Part shown: piece by piece, positions 33,637-40,864 of the stretch
Layout of the letters: each line of letters starts with the position of its first letter
How positions within the stretch are numbered: position 1 is the first letter of the stretch
Assembly: GCA_003614675.1 (NCBI GenBank)
Contig: ML002334.1
Coordinates: 1 to 40,864 of the forward strand
Reading direction: 5' to 3'
DNA length: 40,864 bases
From: Dimargaris cristalligena
Lineage: Eukaryota
The notes under the pieces: generated by a model
What the model was told of the DNA's origin: nothing
Seen by the model: the letters and a program-made list of their open reading frames with translations, nothing else
The model's database searches: none
Program-made: the position numbers and the translations under genes

Positions 33637-36600
33637 TTAGCAAATAGCATGTTGTTGATAAACTAGTCGCCGTATGCGGTAGTAGTCAGGGGACAGCACA
33701 CCCTCGATTAGCAAGTTGCCTTGTTCAGTCTAAAAAGGCAAGTAAATACAGCAGTTAGTCAGTAGGAACAGGGGGTACATATATCAAATTAGCCAACCAA
33801 TACATACCCGAGTGGAATCCATTACCAATACCAATCGAAAAAATCCCAATAAGTCAGGCATGTCTTGTGCTTTGCTCACCTTGCGAATGGCCACGGAATT
33901 ATTACACACCAACACGCCCCCGTCTTTAAAGTCGGCCGTGAACCCCCGTTTAATCAACAGCTGGCGAAGTTGGGTCAGGCGGGGGTTACCGATAAAGACC
34001 GGTGGCCGGAACGGATGGGCCTGGTCAGCTTTAGTCATTTCGAGCACGGCCCGACCGGATTCCCGGGCGGAGGCCGACTGGTGGACCAGTCCACTGACAC
34101 GGCCCACTTTATAGTCTTGTAGGGGTTGCAAGCGGAGGTTAGCAAAGAGGGCCTCGGACAAGGTGAGTGTTAGGGAGACCTGGCCCGATGCCACGGTGAG
34201 GGTTTCCCCCACGTTGGGGGTAAAAATCTCCGCGTTCGTGGGGATGAGTTCGTTGGCGAAACAAAGTTGGGCCAAGTAATCCGTACAGGCGGTATTTCCA
34301 TGCACCAGGATCAGCTTACGGGCCCCCCACTGGTTGAGAATATTAACCACCGAACGGCCGTCGGCCAGCCCGGTGAAGTCCACGTAGGCCAGGCGGCACT
34401 GCAGCGGCAGGGATACCTGTTCGGTGGTGTATTTAAAGGGTGGTTCGACCGGGGCACTTGCCATGAGGCCCGCGGCGGCGGAACTGGATCCCTGGGCAAC
34501 GGTATCGGTAGCTTCGGCCGACTTTTCTTCGAAATGCTTGCGATCGAGAATCTCGCCGTAATCATCGAACTGTTTGCGCCGTTCGATAAATGGGAACATC
34601 CGGAAAGACTGGCCGGAGTGGTGCACGCCCCCCACCAGGGTGGGCTCACGGACATACAGGTCGTATTTCTCGAAGAGTAGCTTTTCGATATCGGTATCGT
34701 CCATGTCCTCGTCCGATTCGTCGGACTTGTCCTCTTCCATTAGGGTCTTGTGCCGCGCTTGGAGGGCAGCCTCGGACGCGGCCTGCTCCTGCCGCCGGCG
34801 CTCCCGTTCGAAATGCTGGGCCAGTTCCGCGCCCTTTAAATAGACCTTGTACTTGAGGGTTAAGTCGATTGTGTCGTTCAATGTGTATAGGGGGGACGTC
34901 CCGCTCCGTTGGGTCCAGGTCGTGTAAAGCCGGTGGGCCAAGCTGTGGGCGGGTCCCGGATTATACAGCATTACCAGGTTATCTGGCTGAGTGGCCCACC
35001 GGGCGAACAGCGTGCGAGCGAAGCCGGTCTCCAGGCTGACCCCGCTGGCCAGCACCAGTAGAGGTCCGGCGGCGTGTTTATCCAAGGCATCCAGCCGGTG
35101 GATGAGTTTCACGTGGATGAGATCAAATGGGCTTTCCCGGTTCTGGGTGAACTTTTCGGTCATCCAGGGGCCCATCCATTCCAGCATGGTTTTGGCGTAG
35201 TTGAATGTGGGCTCGCTGCGGTGGGACAGGAAGTAGACGGGGAATTTGAGCTTGCGGTCCGTCCACATTTGCTCCACCATATAACATAGCTCTAGAATAC
35301 GGGCGGATGAATCGGTGGGAATAAGCACTTGGTGTCCGGCGGTCAAAGTGGGTAGAATGGTATCTATAGATATAGAGAAGAGGCCCAAGGTGGGGTTGGG
35401 TGTGTGGGTTAGATTGCAATCAATGGTGGCAGAAATGGGTGGTTCAACGCCATGATTAGCCTCCCGGGGCCTTTTACAAATCCCCCTACATGAGAATCAC
35501 TAATGCAGGTTAGGGACAATGGTACGTACCAAGAAAAAGAGTCTCCCGCTGTTTACGCGGTGGTAGTGTAGTTAGGGCCCGGTGGGTATCCGTAATTAGT
35601 AGCGAGGGGCGACTGAGTTGGTCGTGAATTGTACCACCTGTTAGTAGTTCCGAGCCGTTGAGATGTCTAGTGGAAGATAAGATGGCGAAATGCGAGTGCC
35701 CGGGAAATATTAGTAAATCGAGACGAAATGGACGCCGGCTAGGACCGTTGTTATGTACCACTCTCTATTAGACAAGCGTCTGGGAATGAAGGAACATTTC
35801 GTTACACAATAGGGTCGATAACTTACAATTCCTTAATCTGATTATAGTCCACCGCATACACGACACTATCGGTGTCTTTACTGATTTTCCAGATAGTACC
35901 ACCAACGGTATGGCCGGCCGCATAGGCGGCTATACTTATTCCTTGGCACTTGCCTGTGAATTGAAATAGACAGTCAAGGGCAAAAGGGGAGGGGTCCTTA
36001 TAGTTAGTTAGTCAATAGGGCGGAGAAGCAGCGAGTCTTATTTACAGATGTTGAAAAGTCCGCATCGATGTATGTCTTGGACAACAGTGAAGGGTGACTT
36101 GACGAAAGGCTTACCGGTAAGATGAACTGGCTGGCGATGCCGTAGGGATGTAATATGGTCAAAGGCTTCATTGATATCGTCGATGCTGAACGCGTCAAAC
36201 GGTTCCGTCTGTAGGCGACTCTGGAGCAAATCCTGCATGGTGAGGCGACCCATACTGAGCACCGGGTAGGCCGCATAGGCGGGGCAGCGGAGCTTCCATT
36301 GGGTGTAGGCATACGTGTACGCGCCCACATGCTCGACGGTGGGATGGGAAAAGAGAACAATGTCGATTTGGGGGGCGACTCTGTTACATGTCAGAAAGTA
36401 TGTGTAAAGTTGGGGAGAGATGGGGGGTTAGGGTTCGCGTGGGGGGACATACAGGGCTAGCTAATAGTAGTGGCGGCGACGGAGGTAGCAGCAGTAGCAA
36501 TGCTATTTCGGCTTACCTCTGGAGACTGGTCCACCGGTCCAGGGCGAATTCGTCGGTGGAGCCGCAATCCAACAAGATCCGGACCTCGTCAATGTCCAAG

Positions 36601-36665
36601 AGGTAGGCTAGCGGGTCGTCACTTTTGGCCCCGGATAGGGCAGTGAAGCGGATGGAGCTGCCCAT
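33637..36665 (-). CDS. CPSF2: Cleavage and polyadenylation specificity factor subunit 2 (CPSF100/Cft2), 6 exons
   Basis: Exons 36665-36517, 36380-36115, 35953-35827, 35666-35530, 35363-33880 and 33729-33637, phase-consistent. Inactive MBL/beta-CASP motifs [51 protein letters not shown] and the terminal [17 protein letters not shown]. Confidence 0.95.
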
Positions 36666-36847
36666 GAGCGTAGTGGCGAATATACAGAAGGGGGAGGAAA
36701 ATATATGGGTATCTAGAAGGTTAAAGTAAAGAATGCAGTCTGGGAATGCTAATGGAATCCCATGGATGTAACTACTACTACTGAATAGGGAAAAAGACGT
36801 GGAATGATCAATAGTTTCCACCCGAATTCCACTTTCCAGCCCCTGGG

Positions 36848-37900
36848 TTAGGTGAGCGCAATGGATAAAATTAGTGAGAGTTCCAAGCAAATAAGTCCCT
36901 CCTCAGGCATAGTAAACCCGGTCCCATAACCACACACATTTGGTGGCGGAGCGGATGGAGCAGATATGGGCCGTTCAGGGCTGATGCGGTAAACCTCATC
37001 TGCTTCGGGTTGCTGAGTGTACCATTTGGGAACTTTTTTTTTGCGCAACCCCTGGGCTATTCATTCTGTGTATAGTTCCGGGGGCTGGGTGAGAGAGACT
37101 CTATAGTTCCTGGGACTACCTCTACTAACCGATAGACTAAAGCGTGGAGGGGGTGAAGAGGGGCTTTATGGCCCACCTCCGCCTCCTCCCTCACCTTCTA
37201 TGACCAACCCCGCTCTAGAGCACAATGGGACTGGACAGATACGGGTGAGACAGGCTTTGGTTTTGCTGTCCAGCGCAGCTTCCCCCTACCGTCTGTGGGT
37301 CACGTTCCCCGGCCGTTCCGGTCTCGTGTTCCGGAGGCCTAGCCTCCCCTCCTTCCTCCTCTGCGTTCTTCCCTGGTGTTTCCCCACGGGAGCTTCCGGT
37401 GGGTCAGGCGGCCTGAGGTCCCCCTTTATTTTTAGGGTGGGCCCCATCCCGCATAATGACTCGCCAATGGATGGCTCCCCGGCTCTAACCCTCACGAACC
37501 TGAACTCTGGGAGGTACGGGGGCCCTTGGGCCAGTGGTACTCCGGGTGGTTTAGCGACGGATGGGATTTGGGCTCCTCTGGTCTTTGGACGAGTAAGCTG
37601 CTGAGTCGCTCAATTGTCGTAATCGGGGGATTCATAAATGGCACCATTTATGCATCATTTATATTGCGACGGTGGCTTCAGTGGCGTACTTATCTGGGGC
37701 TGGGTGTAGTCTGGGTCTTATTCCTTAGTTGGATTGCCGGGGGTGCCGTTAAACTGGTCAGAGGGTCCAAGTGCATCTCGGGGATTTGTTCTGGGGCGCT
37801 TTTGACCTATTTGGCCCCAGACTAGTCTGTAAATAGGCTGGGGGGTGCCGGGTTGACATGGGGGGTGGAGGGAGGGTGTGGTGTTGACGGATAGCCGAGA
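36848..37900 (-). pseudogene. Decayed Pro-rich reading frame, probably a TE (gag-like) remnant
   Basis: ORF fragments 37286-37495 and 36848-37048 lie in the same minus-strand frame, separated by TAG/TGA stops. Low-complexity LRPPDPPEAP. It abuts the CpG-free repeat block. No diagnostic domain recognised. Confidence 0.3.
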
Positions 37901-38453
37901 TCATTTAGGTTCGGTCAGGGGGAGTGGCTCTACCAGTGGGGTGGTTTAGTGTCTGGGCCAAATGGGTTTGTCCTACAATCCTTGGGTTGTAGTTGATAAG
38001 ACCTATTGGCTTCTAGAGTATCCCCTACCTAACCAGTGGGGATTGGCCTGGATACTACAACTGCTCTACTCTGGTAGTGGTAGGGATGCTGGACTGGTGC
38101 AGTAACCAAAGCCCCCCTCCTTTTTTTTCAATCTAAACAATATTATAAATATTATAAACAAGTTATACATCTAAAACACTAGCTGCAATGGTAGTACCAG
38201 GAAATCCCTATTTGCTGATAACAAGCCTAAGAATTCAAAGAAGTATGGCCTGGGATCCTCCTCCTTTTAGGAATGACCTAGCACTAATATGTGTGTGTAG
38301 TCTCTGAATACTAGGAACAGGGATGTCCATCAGGTTTAAAGAGATTGACTTAGACTTAGGGGAATTTTTATACTTGTATTTGATTAGTAATAGTACAGAT
38401 GAAGTGAACCCCTTAGGCTATAGTGAGTTGATTTGAAAACTACAGATAGTAAT

Positions 38454-39036
38454 TATCAGCCCTCCTAATCCAACTTGATCCAGACCTAATGATTACCCAT
38501 CCTATTCTTGCCTTATAGTGCCATACTGACCCTCCCATAGTCACCCCTGGTACTATGGGATCATCCTTTATTATGTAACCCTGCTCATTTAACCCCAACA
38601 CTTTGTACTCTAAACACCCAGCTCACTAATCCAAGACTCTTCCAGTTCCCATAAGAGTCTTCCCAATGTGGCATCATCTAGCCAGATTCCTTACTTATCT
38701 ACACCTAAGTCATAGTAGTATTTTCCTTAAGACCTCCCTCTAGAGCTATCCCTGCATATATATAACTAGGCCCCATTAGAACTAGTTAGATTCCTTAGCT
38801 TATCTCTACCCCTTAGTTTACCTTAATAAACTCTATATATGCTCACCCCCCTTATACCAACTAGTAAGTATGCCTACTACATATCCCTGACATTTACCTG
38901 CACTTATCCTTTATCAGTTAGGACTGTGCCTGTACCTAATACTAGTAGCCAGCTTGGCTGAGCCTAAGCCCCACCTACCATTAGAAGCCTATCCTTGGGA
39001 CTCCTGACAGATTAAGAGTAGTTAACCAGGGTAATA
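38454..39036 (+). mobile_element. Degenerate LTR (family A), full length
   Basis: Reverse complement of 120-967 minus the insert. Termini TATCAG...GTAATA are consistent with decayed TGTCGG...GTGACA. TATATATAA at 38757 and AATAAA at 38825. Confidence 0.8.
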
Positions 39037-39441
39037 GTATAAGGGGAGTGAGTATATATAGAGTTTATTAGATATACAAGGGGTAAGAATAAGCTAAAGA
39101 ATCTAACTGGTCTAAATTAGGCCCTATTATATATACTTAGGGACAACTCTAGAGGGAAGTCCTAAGGAGGAATACTACTAAGACTAAGGAATAGGTAAAT
39201 AGGTTGGCCAGATAGCCACTTATACCCATAAGACTCTAATGGTAACTGGACAAGACTTATGGATTAGTACTTTAGTGATTAGAGTAAAGAGGGAGAGTCT
39301 GGGCAGGGGAAATGTTATATATAATAAAGGATAGTCCTATGGTACTGGGTATGGTCATGGGAAAGCTAATATGGTGTGATAAGGTTTTATATAGTTAATA
39401 GTTAAATCTGGCTAGATCAAGGTAAATTAGAAGGGCCAACA
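39037..39441 (-). mobile_element. Partial LTR (family A), inverted and directly abutting the previous copy
   Basis: Direct match to 301-566 plus 830-967 (e.g. ACTACTAAGACTAAGG, AAGACTCTAATGGTAACTGGA, GGATTAGTACTT). Ends CCAACA. Confidence 0.8.
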
Positions 39442-40082
39442 AATAAGAAAATCAGTTTATATTTAGAAAGCTGGAAGCTAATTTCCCAAGGGAGTTTGGT
39501 AGTAGCCAGAAACTATTTCCTTATTTATGGAACACTTATACTAAGTTGATGATTTAATGCTAATGTCTATGCAGGTTAAAGTCCCACTGCCCATAACAGC
39601 ACATCATATATGTATATAAATTCTCCCCTGGGGTTTACCTTATATATTCCTTAGCTTATACCCCCCCCCATTTGTCCTATTACAATGTTATGACACTTAT
39701 TAGTCAAGTAAATAATAAATATTGAATAGAGTAGAAGGGGAGCTATCAAGATCCATAGGGGAGTTTGGGAGTATGGCCCCAAGCTCCAAGCCCCTGATCC
39801 AGGTATCCTAGTTTCCCCATCAGTAGTCACCATTAACCAGGTATGATATACCCAATATAATGTAGGATTTACTGCTAGATCACCAAGTACCCTCCAAGAA
39901 TGGCCCAACTGACTGTAATAATCTCTTGATCCCTTTATACTTGCTCTAGTATTAGTAGGTATACCTTGTAACTATCTATGATAACTTCACATGTTTTATT
40001 ATCCCCTGTCCCTGTCCCTGCTATGAAAGTGATAGTTAAGAGTACACCCAGTAATAGACCCAATAGAAACCTACCTATGCAG

Positions 40083-40730
40083 CCTCTTAGTGGATTAAGC
40101 ATAAAATCCTACTGTGGCAATGTGTGCTCTATTAATATAGTTTTATATTTTAAATAGGTTTTTCTGAAAGAACAACTACTACTTACTGATAATAATATAT
40201 CCCAGAATGCTTTGTATGGTGAACTGATGTTTTCCCCATTGTATCTAAGCCAGCAATAAATGAATCCCAACTGATTGCAGCAGGACATAATCCTTGCAGA
40301 TGTTAGCAACCCCACACCTGGGCAGAGTAAATAGAGGCTGTTCTAAATAAGATTAAAAAGGACACTATTGATAAAAATAGTAGTGTATGCTAAATGGAGG
40401 GGTTAGTTAACCTGGAGTAAAAAATGTTACTATAACTATTTGACAGTGGGATATCTTTAAGAATGAGCCCGGCTTTGCATACCTGAGCAGACTAAGGATA
40501 TAGGGGTAGAGCCAACAAACAATACACTAGAAGTCACTATTAAAAGACCTTAAACATAAATAGAAAATAAAAGACATACAATCAAATGGGGCAGCCGTAC
40601 TATATGGATGGGAATGGTCGAAGGAAGGTGATGCTTTGCGATACTGAATTCTTGCGCCTCATTAAGACTAGTTGGCGATTGCACCTAGCACCAAAAGAAA
40701 GGTCGGCTGACAACCCTTTGGATATCAAGT
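40083..40730 (+). pseudogene. Decayed ORF / dispersed repeat X, copy 2
   Basis: Inverted homolog of 2850-3503 (CCTCTTAGTGGATTA, CATAATCCTTGCAGATGT, TGCGCCTCA). Many TAA/TAG/TGA stops in the CpG-free part. Confidence 0.6.
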
Positions 40731-40864
40731 GTTGGGCCGGTGATTTGAGGAACCCCTCTCCTGGGACTAAGGCTGGAGCTGAGCCCCGCGCTATGCTCGG
40801 GATTGGATGGGTCACCGGACGTCGGGTTTGGAGGGCTCGAGGAACCTAGGTGGAACATACCGAA

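Noticed and set aside
1..40864. Whole gene block as cargo of a giant element bounded by inverted repeats (LTR A and repeat X occur inverted on both flanks)
   Set aside because: The order is A then X on both sides rather than mirrored, the copies are strongly diverged, the cargo is housekeeping genes, and no transposase or tyrosine recombinase is present.

Overview
Eukaryotic, intron-containing, GC-rich genomic DNA. By inference it comes from an early-diverging fungus (Zoopagomycota-like, possibly Dimargaris): it carries muskelin, NEDD1, a metazoan-type RECQL4 and a fungal-type acyl-CoA oxidase. A compact housekeeping core (8.7-36.7 kb) holds a J-domain protein, muskelin, SEC8, RECQL4, NEDD1, acyl-CoA oxidase, a lone divergent 5S rRNA gene and CPSF2; I traced frame-consistent exon structures for the four spliced genes. 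Both flanks (1-8 kb and 36.8-40.9 kb) are transposon graveyards of nested solo LTRs and decayed ORFs. Two parts of them are free of CpG and show CpG>TpG/CpA/TpA and CpA>TpA changes between repeat copies. The left flank holds two intact zinc-finger genes. One is an intronless 8-finger Kruppel-type array whose likely true N-terminus resembles a signal peptide, making it a candidate secreted, nucleus-targeted effector. All comparisons were made by eye; no database searches were run.
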